The translations under genes were made by a program, and so were the position numbers. The notes beneath the pieces are model-generated. The model was not told the origin of the DNA. It did no database searches and worked only from the letters and a program-made list of their open reading frames with translations. DNA of 64,000 nucleotides from positions 64,047 to 128,046 of the forward strand of contig JBFMAY010000003.1 in the NCBI GenBank assembly GCA_040755455.1, written 5' to 3'. Within the stretch, counting starts at the first letter, position 1. Each line of letters opens with the position of its first letter. Positions 1 through 10,129 of this stretch are shown here, in pieces. Origin of the DNA: Thermodesulfobacteriota bacterium (lineage in GTDB: Bacteria > Desulfobacterota > Desulfobulbia > Desulfobulbales > SURF-16).

Positions 1-2
1 TG

Positions 3-218
3 AAGATTCATGGAGCAATGGCCGTAACCTTTACGCTGCTGCTGATCGGCTTCATTCTCCTTGACCTGGCGCATTTCGGTTACCCTGAAATGACAAAGAT
101 CGCCGGCTATGAACTTATGCTGTGCGCCGCCTCGGCATGGTATATGATGGCTCATGTCATTTATGCCCAGATCTTTGGCAGAGATGTTCTGCCCGTCGGA
201 AAACCATGGATCAGATAA
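3..218 (+). CDS. satP: Acetate/succinate uptake transporter (SatP/GPR1-FUN34-YaaH family), 3' part; 5' end outside window
   Basis: Hydrophobic helices ending in ...AWY...LPVGKPWI, typical of the family C-terminus; frame open to the window edge. Confidence 0.75.
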   Translation, partial: KIHGAMAVTFTLLLIGFILLDLAHFGYPEMTKIAGYELMLCAASAWYMMAHVIYAQIFGRDVLPVGKPWIR

Positions 219-271
219 ACCACTTATTACGGTGGTAACTGCTGAAAAGAAATTAAAAAAGGAGAGGTACA

Positions 272-751
272 ATGCAAAGATTTCTCATCGCTTTCCTCAT
301 AGCAACCTTCGTTCTTTTTTCCTCTCAAGCATTTGCCGAGGAGAGGGCAACAACGGAAGAATGTGTGCAAAAAACCCATGAAGCAGCCGCCATGATAAAT
401 GCCAAGGGAGTGGAAGAGGCCGTTAAACTGATTGGCGATCCCCAGGGCCCTTATGTCTGGAAAGATTCCTACGTCTTTCTGATGGATCTGAAGGGGAAAA
501 TGCTGGCCCATCCCATGCAGCCTGAACTTACCCGGCATGAACATGTTCTTCTGCAGACCGATGCCGCAGACAAAGCGATTTTCGTCCATTTTGTCAATAT
601 TGCCAAGGACCCGGGCCAGGGTTGGGTGGATTATATGTGGCCCAAGCCTGGGAAAAAATCACCATCCAAAAAGGTTACCTATATCTACAGAGTGCCGACC
701 AAAGATCTTCTGGTGGGTGCAGGAGTTTATGTCGGCGGCATGATGTATTGA
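272..751 (+). CDS. Secreted single Cache-domain protein
   Basis: GGAGAGG RBS, signal peptide (AFA-E), YVF..D..G.MLAHP and GWVDY.WPKPG..K.TY motifs. Confidence 0.85.
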   Translation: MQRFLIAFLIATFVLFSSQAFAEERATTEECVQKTHEAAAMINAKGVEEAVKLIGDPQGPYVWKDSYVFLMDLKGKMLAHPMQPELTRHEHVLLQTDAADKAIFVHFVNIAKDPGQGWVDYMWPKPGKKSPSKKVTYIYRVPTKDLLVGAGVYVGGMMY

Positions 752-788
752 TCCTAAGGCCGGAAGCATGCTTCGCAGAGCGGCATGA

Positions 789-843
789 GGAGCCGTAACG
801 AAATAGCTGTAAAGGGACAAGTGATTTCGTAACGGCTCCCAAG
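789..843. repeat. ~54-bp palindromic intergenic element (copy 1)
   Basis: GGAGCCGTAACGAAAT...ATTTCGTAACGGCTCC inverted repeat; near-identical copy at 42918-42970. Confidence 0.8.
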
Positions 844-1120
844 AAACGGACAGGCATTGCTGTTTCAGTTGATAATTTTTAGCAAATGTGTTATTGAATC
901 CTTCTTGCAGGGCTTGCATTTTCACCCGGCGTCTCTTCCGCCAACCCATGGAAGTGGCGCTATTTTTATGTAATCACCCTCTTCTCCAGTAAATTTCCAG
1001 GTGTTGACATAGTCTTCGCGGATAAATATGGCGTCGAAGTTCATCATGACACAGATCGATTTTCAAAAAAATGAACGTTAATTTTTTAAGAAATTCAGAT
1101 ACAAGGCGAGGAAGCAAATC

Positions 1121-2167
1121 ATGATTTGTTGTGAATTGGTTGATAATGCTTCAGACATGATACAGAGTATAGCCCCCGACGGTTCTTTCCTGTACGTCAA
1201 CAACTCCTGGCTGACGGCCCTGGGCTATGGCCGCCAGGAGGTGCAGCGCCTCAAGGTTTTTGATGTTATCCACCCCGATGACCGGGATCATTGTTCCGAG
1301 GTCTTTCACAACCTGATGCAGGGAGAAAAAATCGAGCCCACCGAGGTGAAATTCCTGGCAAAAGACGGCAGGACCATCTTGCTTGAAGGAAATGTGACGT
1401 GTCACATGGAGGAGAGTCAGCCGATTTCCACCTTCGGGGTCTTCCGGGACATCACCGATCGGAAAGAGCAGGAAACCCAGCTGAAAAGGGATGCGGAAAA
1501 AATCAAGCATTTTGCCTATGCCGTGGCCCATGATCTGAAAAATCCGGCCATCGCCCTGCATGGCATCACCCGGCTGCTGCATAACCGCTACGGCAAAATG
1601 TTTGATGACAAGGGGAAAAGCTATTGCTCCCAGGTGCTGCAATCCTCCCAGCTTTTATCAGAACTCGTTGAAAAACTGAATGTTTTTATCGAAACAAAGG
1701 AATTCACCATTGATAAAGAAACAGTTCATTTAAACAATATCTTCCGGATTCTGCGTGAAGAGTTCCAGGAAAAATTAAGGGAACGCCATATCACCCTGCA
1801 GGTCCCTGACCGTTTCCCGGCAATCACCGGGGATTGCCTCTCGCTGCTGAGGATTTTTAGAAATCTCATCGACAACTCATTAAAATACGGAGGCCCGGCC
1901 CTGGACAGTATTGACATTGCCTTCCATGACTCGGAAACCCATCATATTCTCAAATTCAGGGATAACGGCTGCGGCATCCATGCTGATAACCACCAGAAGC
2001 TCTTTGATTATTTTGAACGAAAGAAGATCAACAAGAGCATTTCCGGGGCCGGTCTCGGTCTTGCCATAGTCAAGGAGCTGGTTGAGCAGCATGGGGGCAA
2101 AGTCCTGCTGGAATCCGTTCCCGGCCAGGGAACGACCTTCACCATCACCATCGCGAAGCAGCTGTGA
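1121..2167 (+). CDS. PAS-domain sensor histidine kinase
   Basis: N-terminal PAS, H-box AHDLKNP, N-box NLIDNSLKY, DNGCG and GAGLGL G-boxes. Confidence 0.92.
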   Translation: MICCELVDNASDMIQSIAPDGSFLYVNNSWLTALGYGRQEVQRLKVFDVIHPDDRDHCSEVFHNLMQGEKIEPTEVKFLAKDGRTILLEGNVTCHMEESQPISTFGVFRDITDRKEQETQLKRDAEKIKHFAYAVAHDLKNPAIALHGITRLLHNRYGKMFDDKGKSYCSQVLQSSQLLSELVEKLNVFIETKEFTIDKETVHLNNIFRILREEFQEKLRERHITLQVPDRFPAITGDCLSLLRIFRNLIDNSLKYGGPALDSIDIAFHDSETHHILKFRDNGCGIHADNHQKLFDYFERKKINKSISGAGLGLAIVKELVEQHGGKVLLESVPGQGTTFTITIAKQL

Positions 2168-2235
2168 TCTGCCGCTGCAAAAAAAAACGTGAGCAAATCA
2201 AGCTGCTTCCGGGGTCATGATTGCCAGGAGCTGCC

Positions 2236-2865
2236 ATGCCGGTCAAGATAGGAGTGCAGGGAGGACGAGGCAGTTTTAATGACCAGGCCGTCAATTTTTA
2301 CCTTCAGACGCACCATGTCAGCCCCTGGGAGGTCGTTTATCTCCATACCACCGAAGCGGTCCTGCGGGCCTTAGCCGCCAAGGAAATTGATTACGGGCAA
2401 TTCGCCCTTTACAACAGCCGCGGGGGTGTGGTCGAGGAAACCATGCAGGCGATCGGGCACCATCGCTTCCAGGTAGTTGACTGGTACTCCATACCGGTCA
2501 TCCATCATCTCATGTGCCGGCAGGACGCGGACATCATCGGCATTGCCACCATCATGACCCATCCCCAGGTCCTCAGCCAGTGCCGGGCAACTTTACGGGA
2601 AAGATACCCGCATCTTCGTCTGGCCCAGGGGGAGGGAGACATGATCGATCCCGCCCGGGTGGCCGCTGCCCTGCAAAATGGTGAAATTCCCCCTTCGGTT
2701 GCCACGCTGGGGTGTCAAGCAATCGCCAACGTTTACGGCTTGAAAATCATTGACAGCGGCCTGCAGGATGGCGGGATCAACGAGACCACCTTTTTACTTG
2801 TTTCCGGGCCGGGGCCAGGTTGTCTGAAGTTGCAGAAAAAAAGGAACAGCGGGGCAGGAAAATAA
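2236..2865 (+). CDS. Prephenate dehydratase-domain protein lacking the ACT domain
   Basis: AGGAG RBS before ATG 2236; GVQG..GSF, NS..G.V, THPQ.L.QC motifs; C-terminal N.TTF in place of canonical TRF. Confidence 0.75.
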   Translation: MPVKIGVQGGRGSFNDQAVNFYLQTHHVSPWEVVYLHTTEAVLRALAAKEIDYGQFALYNSRGGVVEETMQAIGHHRFQVVDWYSIPVIHHLMCRQDADIIGIATIMTHPQVLSQCRATLRERYPHLRLAQGEGDMIDPARVAAALQNGEIPPSVATLGCQAIANVYGLKIIDSGLQDGGINETTFLLVSGPGPGCLKLQKKRNSGAGK

Positions 2866-2877
2866 GGGGGGAATTGC

Positions 2878-3264
2878 TTATTGCGCCAGGGGCATGACGC
2901 ATTCAAGTAACTTGTTGATAACCACCGGCTTGGCGATGAAACCGTCCATGCCGGCCCTTTTACAATACTCTTCGGGATTGATCAAGGTACAGCCTGATAT
3001 GGCGAAAATCGGCGTATATGACCGCTCATTCTCTTTTTCTCGCTGGCGGATGATGCGCGTTGCCTGCAGACCATCCATTTCAGGCATCTCGATGTCCATG
3101 AGGATGGCATTAAAATCCTCATTCTCCCATTTTTCAATGGCATCTTTGCCGTTCACCGCCTCTTCGCAGTCCAGATCATAGTATCTGAACAGATCTTTCA
3201 GAAAGGAGCGGATCAGGTATTGATCATCGACTATCAGAAATCGTTTCGGCATAATAACGTACAT
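2878..3264 (-). CDS. Single-domain response regulator (CheY-like)
   Basis: LIVDD, ILMDIEMPEMDG and FIAKP receiver motifs. Confidence 0.92.
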   Translation of the reverse strand: MYVIMPKRFLIVDDQYLIRSFLKDLFRYYDLDCEEAVNGKDAIEKWENEDFNAILMDIEMPEMDGLQATRIIRQREKENERSYTPIFAISGCTLINPEEYCKRAGMDGFIAKPVVINKLLECVMPLAQ

Positions 3265-3304
3265 GAATTTCCGCCTTGCTGCATGGTAAAGGCTGCGATG
3301 TTTT

Positions 3305-3634
3305 TCATGCGGAATAACATCTTCTCGTCCCGATGATAACCTTGCTGATTTTCCAGTTCTTCCTGCTGTCGGACAGATGGTGCTTGGTGATGGCCACGAT
3401 GGGTTCCGGGCTCACCTGCGGGGGATCGACAAAATCAGCAAACATGTCAGGTTCGTTCATCGCCTCGTTGATCTCCGGATCGGACAGCTCAATTTCCAGC
3501 AGGATATCCTCAATATTTCCGTCAAAGGATTGCGGCACATGGCTCTGAGCAGTCGAATACAGGTCACCTTTGCCTTCCATGCGCAGCAGATCAATGAGGA
3601 AACGTTGTCCTATTTCTTTTTCATCAACTATCAT
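3305..3634 (-). CDS. Hypothetical acidic protein
   Basis: 109-aa ORF with GAGG RBS, co-oriented with the downstream receiver gene; no recognised motif. Confidence 0.55.
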   Translation of the reverse strand: MIVDEKEIGQRFLIDLLRMEGKGDLYSTAQSHVPQSFDGNIEDILLEIELSDPEINEAMNEPDMFADFVDPPQVSPEPIVAITKHHLSDSRKNWKISKVIIGTRRCYSA

Positions 3635-3697
3635 GATCTTCTTGTCCTCAGATTAAGGTGAATAATGCCTAACCATCTCATTTTCTTCCTCTTTATA

Positions 3698-3713
3698 TGG
3701 AAGTTTCATGCCA
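3698..3713 (-). promoter_or_regulatory. Possible sigma54 (-24/-12) promoter
   Basis: TGGCATGAAACTTCCA on the minus strand matches TGGCAYR-N4-TTGCW except in the -12 box; ~65 bp upstream of CDS 3634. Confidence 0.3.
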
Positions 3714-3957
3714 GGGCCGCTTATGGCGCGAGAAATAGGAAAAAAGAGACCTCGGACACAAAAAAACAGCATTTTTACCGGCTGGAATCAACTTGGGTGG
3801 CTGTCGGCAATCATGCTACCCATGCAGGATATCATGACAGCTGCCGGGCCAATGGGGGGGGGAAAGCAGTGGATACCCATTTCATGGCAAGGGGCAGACG
3901 GGCAAAGGAAGGAATTATGGACAGCGCAATTTTTCCTGCGGGGCGAGGCGGGGCCGG

Positions 3958-5394
3958 TCAGTTGCCGTCCGGAGAAGACTGGGGCAAGGAGATGGCATTG
4001 TTGCGGATAAACTGACTGAGTGACTGGCGGGTGAGCCCGATCAGCCGGGCTGCGATGCTGATATTGCCGCCGGACCTCCTCAGGGCCTCCTCGGCCAGCC
4101 GGCACCGCACCTCTTTCATGGATGGCAGCTCGTCACCGAAACAGACACTGGGTTCGCAGTCCGGCTTGCCTTTGCCGGTTTTTGCCTCACTGAGACCCAT
4201 GTTGCCGGCAAACGACCCGAGACCCAGAACCGCCCCCTGCTGCCGGCTCACCGCATCAAATATCATGGCCTTGAGCTCCCGGATATTGCCGGGAAAAGAA
4301 TAAGTTGCCAGCAGGGTATACAGCTCGGCAGGCAAACTGAGCTGCTTTTTGCCGAACTCCGTTGCCGCGAGCGTAACGAAATGGGGGACAAGCAGCGGCA
4401 GATCATCAAGCCGGCTGCGCAAGGGCGGCAGATGCACATGATGGGCGTTCAGCCTGAAGTACAGGTCCTTCCTGAAGGTGCCGCCCAAGAGCATTTCCTC
4501 GATATTGCGGTTGGTGGCGACGATAATGCGGGCATCACTGGTCTGGGGGGTATCCGCCCCCAGCGGGTAAAATTCCTTCTCCTGCAGCAGACGCAGCAGC
4601 TTGACCTGCGATTTCAGGCTGAGGTCGCCGATTTCGTCAAGAAAAAGAGAGCCGGAGGCAGCCTTGATGATCTGCCCTTCCCTGCTGGTCGCCGCTCCGG
4701 TATAGGCCCCTCTGACATGGCCGAACAGGGTGTCGGCGAAAACGTCATCATCAATGCCAGCCACGTTTACGGCAACAAAACGGCCGTCTCTGCCGCTTGC
4801 CCGGTGCACGGCCCGGGCGGCCAGCTCTTTGCCCACCCCTGTTTCGCCGCTGATGAGCACCGGCTGGGCGCTGGGGCCTATCTGCTCAATGTAATGAAAG
4901 ATGTTCAGAACTTCCCGGTTAGCGGTAATGGAGTCATAAAATAAATCAGGATTCCTGGGCAGGCTGTCCTGCTCCTTGCCGCGCAGGGCCTCATTTTCCC
5001 GGCGCAGCTCCCGCACCTCCATGGCGCTTCTGATGCATGCCAGCAGACGGCCCGTGCTGAGCGGCTTGGTGATATAGTCAAAGGCCCCTTTTTTCATGCA
5101 GCCCACCACCATGTCGACGGAGTCCGTGGCCGTGGCCATGATGACCGGCAGATGGGGATAATGGGAAACAATCTCCTGCAGCAGCTCGTCACCCCGCATA
5201 TGGGGCATGGTGATATCAAGAAGCACCAGTGAGGCTTCGCCCTCATGAAGCCGGGGAAGCACCTCGCGGCTGTCGTTGATGGCAATGACATTGTTGTAGC
5301 CGTTGATGGTGAGGGTCCGGGCCACGGCCTTGGCAACCCCTTCATCGTCGTCCACAAGGACAATCGGCCGGTCCGGATGGAGCAGTTCTTTCAT
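3958..5394 (-). CDS. Sigma54-dependent NtrC-family response regulator (REC-AAA+-Fis HTH)
   Basis: LVDDD/LLD receiver, GETGVGKE Walker A, GAYTGA loop, LFLDEIG, FRKDLYFRL, FPGNIREL, C-terminal HTH; start placed at MKELL behind AGGAGG. Confidence 0.95.
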   Translation of the reverse strand: MKELLHPDRPIVLVDDDEGVAKAVARTLTINGYNNVIAINDSREVLPRLHEGEASLVLLDITMPHMRGDELLQEIVSHYPHLPVIMATATDSVDMVVGCMKKGAFDYITKPLSTGRLLACIRSAMEVRELRRENEALRGKEQDSLPRNPDLFYDSITANREVLNIFHYIEQIGPSAQPVLISGETGVGKELAARAVHRASGRDGRFVAVNVAGIDDDVFADTLFGHVRGAYTGAATSREGQIIKAASGSLFLDEIGDLSLKSQVKLLRLLQEKEFYPLGADTPQTSDARIIVATNRNIEEMLLGGTFRKDLYFRLNAHHVHLPPLRSRLDDLPLLVPHFVTLAATEFGKKQLSLPAELYTLLATYSFPGNIRELKAMIFDAVSRQQGAVLGLGSFAGNMGLSEAKTGKGKPDCEPSVCFGDELPSMKEVRCRLAEEALRRSGGNISIAARLIGLTRQSLSQFIRNNAISLPQSSPDGN

Positions 5395-5450
5395 GTTCCC
5401 GGCAACCCTCCTGGTTTCATATCTCAACCTCCAACATTATAACACAAGTC

Positions 5451-7262
5451 TCAGGCAATGCGATCGGCAATTTCCACGGGAATGACCACCCTGAAGGTCG
5501 CCCCTTCGCCCTCGCTGCTTTCAATGTCCAGATGAAAATTCAATTCCCTGATGAGGCCGAGGGTGACCGAAAGGCCGAGCCCGGTGCCCTCCCCCACCTC
5601 CTTGGTAGTAAAAAAAGGCTCAAGGCAACGCTTCTGCACTTCCTGGTTCATGCCGATGCCGTTGTCCTTCACCTCGAGGATGATAACCTGGTTGGAGGTT
5701 GTTTCCGATTTGCTAAAGTGCAAGGCGGCAAGCTCATCGGCCGTGATATCCTTATAGCTAAGCGAGACGGAGATCTTTTTTTCAAAGGCGGGGTCCCGCT
5801 GCTGCTTCTTTTCCACGGCGTAACGGGCATTTGACAGCAGATTGACGATGATCTGCTCGAATTTCTGGCTGTCGGTTCGCACCTGGGGCAGATCAGCGCT
5901 GACGAATTCGCTGTAGTCAATCATGTGCAGGCGGAACTGCTCCTTGAAAAAGCTCATGGCCTCCTGCAGCGGCCATTGCAGGCTGACCTTTTTCCAGTTA
6001 CCGGACGACGCCCGGGAAAAGGAGCGCATGCTGTTGATGATGTTGGTTATTTTCTTGACGTGCGCCCGCATCTCACCGGCAGCTTCGGCGGCGGGGCTAT
6101 GGGGATCATGTTTGTCAAAATAGCTTTTGCAGGTCTCGGCCCCGAGATTGATGACGGTGAGCGGCTGATGAATCTCATGGCCGATGCCGGATGCCATCTC
6201 GCCCAGGGCGGTCAGTCTGCCGGCATGGGCGAGATGGGCCTGATGGGCGGCAAGACTGTGTTCAATATTCTCCCGCAGGATTGCCGTGCCGATCAGGCTT
6301 GCCGCCGTTTTCAGGGCGTCAAGCTCCGGCGCCGGCCATTCCCTCTCGTGCAGGCAATCCTCAAAACCGATCAAGCCCCAGCAAGCCTCATTGACCATGA
6401 TGGGGGCGACCGCAATTGATTTGATGTGATGGCGTAGCAGGAACGAGACGATATCCTTCTCGGCAAAGGTGGCGACATTGCCGCATACCAGCTCGCCCCG
6501 CATGAAGGCCTGCCGCCAGCTGTCGAAATGATGCTCCCGGTAGGAGAGAGGTGACGGCAGGGGTTCCTGGATCTCCGGCGGCGTTCCCTCGGCCGCGACC
6601 CAGCGGAATCGCGGGTTGATCAGCAGTTCGCCGCTGTCGTCCACATAATGCTGCATGACGTGAATGCGGCTCATGCCCGTCACCATGCCCATCCTGCCCA
6701 TCAGCTCCTCAATATAGTGCTGCCAGTCCCTGTTCAGCAGCAGTGCCCTGGCCATGTCATTGACCGCGGCGAGAACCATGTCCCGCCTCAGCAGAATGGC
6801 CTCCAGCCGTTTACGCCGTGTGACATCGGTCTCAAGCTGACTGTTTCTTTCGTTCAGTTCCCTGAGCAGGCGCTTGTTTTCCTTGGTCAGCAGATATATT
6901 TCCCCTGCCTTGTGCAGCAGTTGCAGGAGTTCGGCCTCTTCCCAGGGCTTGATGATATAATGGTATATTTTCCCCTTGTTGATTGAATCGAGAATGTCGG
7001 CGACATCGGTATAGGCGGTGAGAATGATGCGCACAGCGTCTGGTTCCAGGTCCTTGATCTTCCTGAGCAGCTCAACGCCGGTCATGCGGGGCATGCGCTG
7101 ATCGGCCACCACAATGGCGATATCCGGCGTATTCTCAAAGATCTCCAGGGCCGCGGGTCCGGATTCGGCGGTAAAAATGGTGAAATAGCGCTTGAAGGCG
7201 ATGGAAAAGTTGATCAGATTGGCCTTTTCATCATCCACATAAAGAATCTTCAGTTTATCCAA
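5451..7262 (-). CDS. Hybrid REC-GAF-histidine kinase
   Basis: YVDDE...DQRMP receiver, GAF-like central part, HEIHQP H-box, DNGIG, FFTTK..GEGTGLGL; TTG start behind GGAGGG. Confidence 0.92.
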   Translation of the reverse strand: MDKLKILYVDDEKANLINFSIAFKRYFTIFTAESGPAALEIFENTPDIAIVVADQRMPRMTGVELLRKIKDLEPDAVRIILTAYTDVADILDSINKGKIYHYIIKPWEEAELLQLLHKAGEIYLLTKENKRLLRELNERNSQLETDVTRRKRLEAILLRRDMVLAAVNDMARALLLNRDWQHYIEELMGRMGMVTGMSRIHVMQHYVDDSGELLINPRFRWVAAEGTPPEIQEPLPSPLSYREHHFDSWRQAFMRGELVCGNVATFAEKDIVSFLLRHHIKSIAVAPIMVNEACWGLIGFEDCLHEREWPAPELDALKTAASLIGTAILRENIEHSLAAHQAHLAHAGRLTALGEMASGIGHEIHQPLTVINLGAETCKSYFDKHDPHSPAAEAAGEMRAHVKKITNIINSMRSFSRASSGNWKKVSLQWPLQEAMSFFKEQFRLHMIDYSEFVSADLPQVRTDSQKFEQIIVNLLSNARYAVEKKQQRDPAFEKKISVSLSYKDITADELAALHFSKSETTSNQVIILEVKDNGIGMNQEVQKRCLEPFFTTKEVGEGTGLGLSVTLGLIRELNFHLDIESSEGEGATFRVVIPVEIADRIA

Positions 7263-7350
7263 AATATCCCCTCCACTGGCCGATGAGACGACATCGGCAT
7301 TGCTCTGTGGTACAATTTTTATTTTTTAATAACAAATTGCCTTACAATTA

Positions 7351-9096
7351 TCAACCCTCTCGCTCAGCCGGAAAGATGGGCGGGGAGAGAGGGAGAATCA
7401 CTTCAAAAACCGTGCCCTGGCCGATCTTGCTTTCCACGTTGATCCTGCCGCTGTGCTGCTTGATGATATCATAGGATATGCCGAGCCCCAGCCCGCTTCC
7501 CCGGCCCACCTCCTTGGTGGTGAAAAAGGGGTCGAAGATCCGGTGGATAATGTCCTGTTCAATGCCGCAGCCGGTATCGGTAAAGCGCACATGGGCCTGG
7601 CCATCCTCCTGCCAGGTCCTGATGGTCAAGGTGCCCTTGCCGCTCATGGCCTGGGCGGCGTTCTGCATGATATTGAGGAAAACCTGGCTGATCCGGCCGG
7701 CAAGACAGGTCACCGGCTCAAGCTTGTCGAATTCCTTTCTGATCTCGACCCCTTTCAGCAGTTTGCCGTCAATAAAGGGGATGGTGGAATCGATGATACT
7801 ATGGATATCAGCTGGCTGGAACTTCTCCGCCCCCTGCCTGGTGAAGATCTTCAGGTCCTTGATGATGCGGGTGGTGCGCGTCGTCCCTTCCTCGATATTG
7901 GCCAGCAGCTGCTCAAAGGTGGCAAAAAGCCCGGCAAAATCAAGGTCGTTTTTCAGGGAGCGGATCGCTGTGATATTTCTGTCACGATCATCCGCGTCCC
8001 GCACCTGCTCAAGCTCCTCGTAACTTGCCAGCAGCTCCTTGAGATCCCCCAGCAATCTTTTGACCGAGGGCAGGGCCCCGGAAATAAAATTGACGCTGTT
8101 GTTGATCTCATGGGCCACCCCGGCCACCATCTGCCCCATGGCCGCCATTTTTTCCGACTGGATCAGCTGCTGCTGCGCCTCCTGCAGTTTCACCAGGGTC
8201 TGCGAAAGTTTCAGGTTGGCGCTCTCCAACTGGAGCTGGCGGTCGGAAAGCTCCTTGGTCCGATCGGCAACCTTCACCTCAAGTCCGTCCTTGAGTTCCT
8301 TGATGGTCTCAAAGGACCGCTCCAGCTCCTGGAGCATGCCGCCGTAGGTCTCGGAAAGAAGACTGAGATCATCGCCCACCCCGGCTCCCCCGGTGTTTTC
8401 CTTGACCTTTTTCAGGATGGCGCTGAGCGGTCTGGTCATCCGGCGGACCACAACAAAGGACATGGCGATGCCCAGGCTGAGAAAGATGACGACAATGGCG
8501 CCGGTGTTAACCAGGATTTGCCGGACCCCTGCACTGAAAGACTGCTTTGAGATGACCAGGGCCGCATAACCGATCAGTTCCCGCGCCGGAGGTTCATCCT
8601 CCATCTCGAAAAAAAGGGCTTCATCATTGCCGGTGGCCGCATTGGAATAAATGGGCCACCAGAAGATGAAGCTGTTTTCCGTCTGCCAGTGCATCTCGCC
8701 GGCGGTCTGGACGTTGGTTAAGATAGCGGCCAGATACTGCGGATTATCCACAAGCCGGGACAGTGAATTTTCCTGTTTTTCCCGGCGGAAAAGCATGGCC
8801 CCGTCATTGTTGAAGATATCCGCCTCCACCACGTCTTCATGGCCCAGGATGGCATTGACCGGCATGATGAAATCCTGCTCGTTTTCGGTAAAAACAGCAA
8901 GCCTGACCGACTGGGCCAGCAGTCTGACAAGCGCGAGTCCTTGTTTGATGTTCTCCCGTTCATAGGCCTTTTCCTGGAGCCTGATGAGCAGAAGGTCAAA
9001 CAGCAAAGCCAGCACCAGGACGACCGCGATCAGCGTGATGCTGATCTTGGCAATAAAACTTTCCCGAATCCTGTGAAACGGCCGCCACCTTTTCAT
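7351..9096 (-). CDS. Membrane sensor histidine kinase with periplasmic domain
   Basis: Two TM helices flanking a periplasmic region, coiled coil, QSEKMAAMG..AHEINN, FFTTK..GSGLGL; ATG overlaps the stop of the upstream binding-protein gene (ATGA). Confidence 0.93.
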   Translation of the reverse strand: MKRWRPFHRIRESFIAKISITLIAVVLVLALLFDLLLIRLQEKAYERENIKQGLALVRLLAQSVRLAVFTENEQDFIMPVNAILGHEDVVEADIFNNDGAMLFRREKQENSLSRLVDNPQYLAAILTNVQTAGEMHWQTENSFIFWWPIYSNAATGNDEALFFEMEDEPPARELIGYAALVISKQSFSAGVRQILVNTGAIVVIFLSLGIAMSFVVVRRMTRPLSAILKKVKENTGGAGVGDDLSLLSETYGGMLQELERSFETIKELKDGLEVKVADRTKELSDRQLQLESANLKLSQTLVKLQEAQQQLIQSEKMAAMGQMVAGVAHEINNSVNFISGALPSVKRLLGDLKELLASYEELEQVRDADDRDRNITAIRSLKNDLDFAGLFATFEQLLANIEEGTTRTTRIIKDLKIFTRQGAEKFQPADIHSIIDSTIPFIDGKLLKGVEIRKEFDKLEPVTCLAGRISQVFLNIMQNAAQAMSGKGTLTIRTWQEDGQAHVRFTDTGCGIEQDIIHRIFDPFFTTKEVGRGSGLGLGISYDIIKQHSGRINVESKIGQGTVFEVILPLSPPIFPAEREG

Positions 9097-10004
9097 CGCG
9101 GCGTTTCTTCAGTGATGGGAAGCTGCAGTTTTCTGGCGGCCGTGGGATTGACAATGGTTTTCACCCGGGAGATGTCCATGGGCGGCACGGTGCTCACCGG
9201 TGCGCCCAGCAGCAGGCGGGCCGCCATGCCAGCCGCCTGCTCGCCCATGGCCTCCAGGTCAAAGGTGACCGCCACGGCGGCCCCGCTTTTGAGATATTTT
9301 TCCGAAAAGGCCAGCACCGGCACCTTGTTGGTGAAGGAGAAGAGAAAGTAGCTCTCCAGGGTCTGCGGGTTGGTGACAATGAGATCGGGCAGCAGCCAGA
9401 TGAGATCCGCCCGGCCGCGCAACTCCTCGAGCCGGGCCGGCACCTCCTTGGTGCTCTGGGCGTTTAAGGCGATAAATTCCAGATCAGGCCTGTCTTTTTT
9501 GGCCTGCTGGATATCCATGGCGCTGTGGGCCGTGTTGTAGATCACGCCGATGCGCCGCACGCTGGGCAGCAGCCGGGAAATCTCGGCAAACTGCAGTCTG
9601 GCCGGGATGTCCAGGTTGACGCCGGTGATATTGTCCCGGTCTTCGATGATGATATCCGGGGCAACCACCAGGAGATAGATGACGGGTATCCGGGGGATGT
9701 CGCGGACAGCCAGCAGGGCATTGCGGCCCAGGGCCAGGATGAGATCCGGCCTGGTCTCCCGGATCTCCTGCTCAACGGCGGACTTGATCGGGCTTTGGCT
9801 GATATCAATTTCCCGGAAACGATAGGGCTCGATGGATTTGACCCCGCGGGCGGGCAGGAGATGGGCAAGTTTGTCGCTGAAGGCCCGGACCACCTGGGCC
9901 ATGGGCGGTTCATCGGCGCTTTTCACCACCATAATCTCATAGGACAGGGCCGGGCGGGCCGCGGCGAGCACAATGAGCATGATGAGGATTAGCGTTTTTT
10001 TCAT
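9093..10004 (-). CDS. Periplasmic ABC-type substrate-binding protein (ABC_sub_bind-like) without permease/ATPase partners
   Basis: Signal peptide; PDLILALG, ITGV, RIGVIYN, DLIWLLPD, MGEQAA, IVNPTAARKL motifs. Confidence 0.85.
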   Translation of the reverse strand: MKKTLILIMLIVLAAARPALSYEIMVVKSADEPPMAQVVRAFSDKLAHLLPARGVKSIEPYRFREIDISQSPIKSAVEQEIRETRPDLILALGRNALLAVRDIPRIPVIYLLVVAPDIIIEDRDNITGVNLDIPARLQFAEISRLLPSVRRIGVIYNTAHSAMDIQQAKKDRPDLEFIALNAQSTKEVPARLEELRGRADLIWLLPDLIVTNPQTLESYFLFSFTNKVPVLAFSEKYLKSGAAVAVTFDLEAMGEQAAGMAARLLLGAPVSTVPPMDISRVKTIVNPTAARKLQLPITEETPR

Positions 10005-10081
10005 AGGTGGGCGATATGTTTTTACCTGACAGATTAACCGGTCTTTTTTGCAACTGCAACCCCGCTACGCTGTGAAAACAT

Positions 10082-10097
10082 TTCAATTAGTATGCCA
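10082..10097 (-). promoter_or_regulatory. Candidate sigma54 promoter for the binding protein/kinase/regulator operon
   Basis: TGGCATACTAATTGAA on the minus strand: correct -24 box and spacing, TTGA instead of TTGC; ~78 bp upstream of ATG 10004. Confidence 0.4.
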
Positions 10098-10129
10098 TTT
10101 GACTGATATTACATAAATTATCATTGGAC

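Noticed and set aside
10070..10125. Fur box upstream of TonB receptor 1
   Set aside because: Only partial AT-rich half-sites with wrong spacing; cannot be supported without a PWM scan
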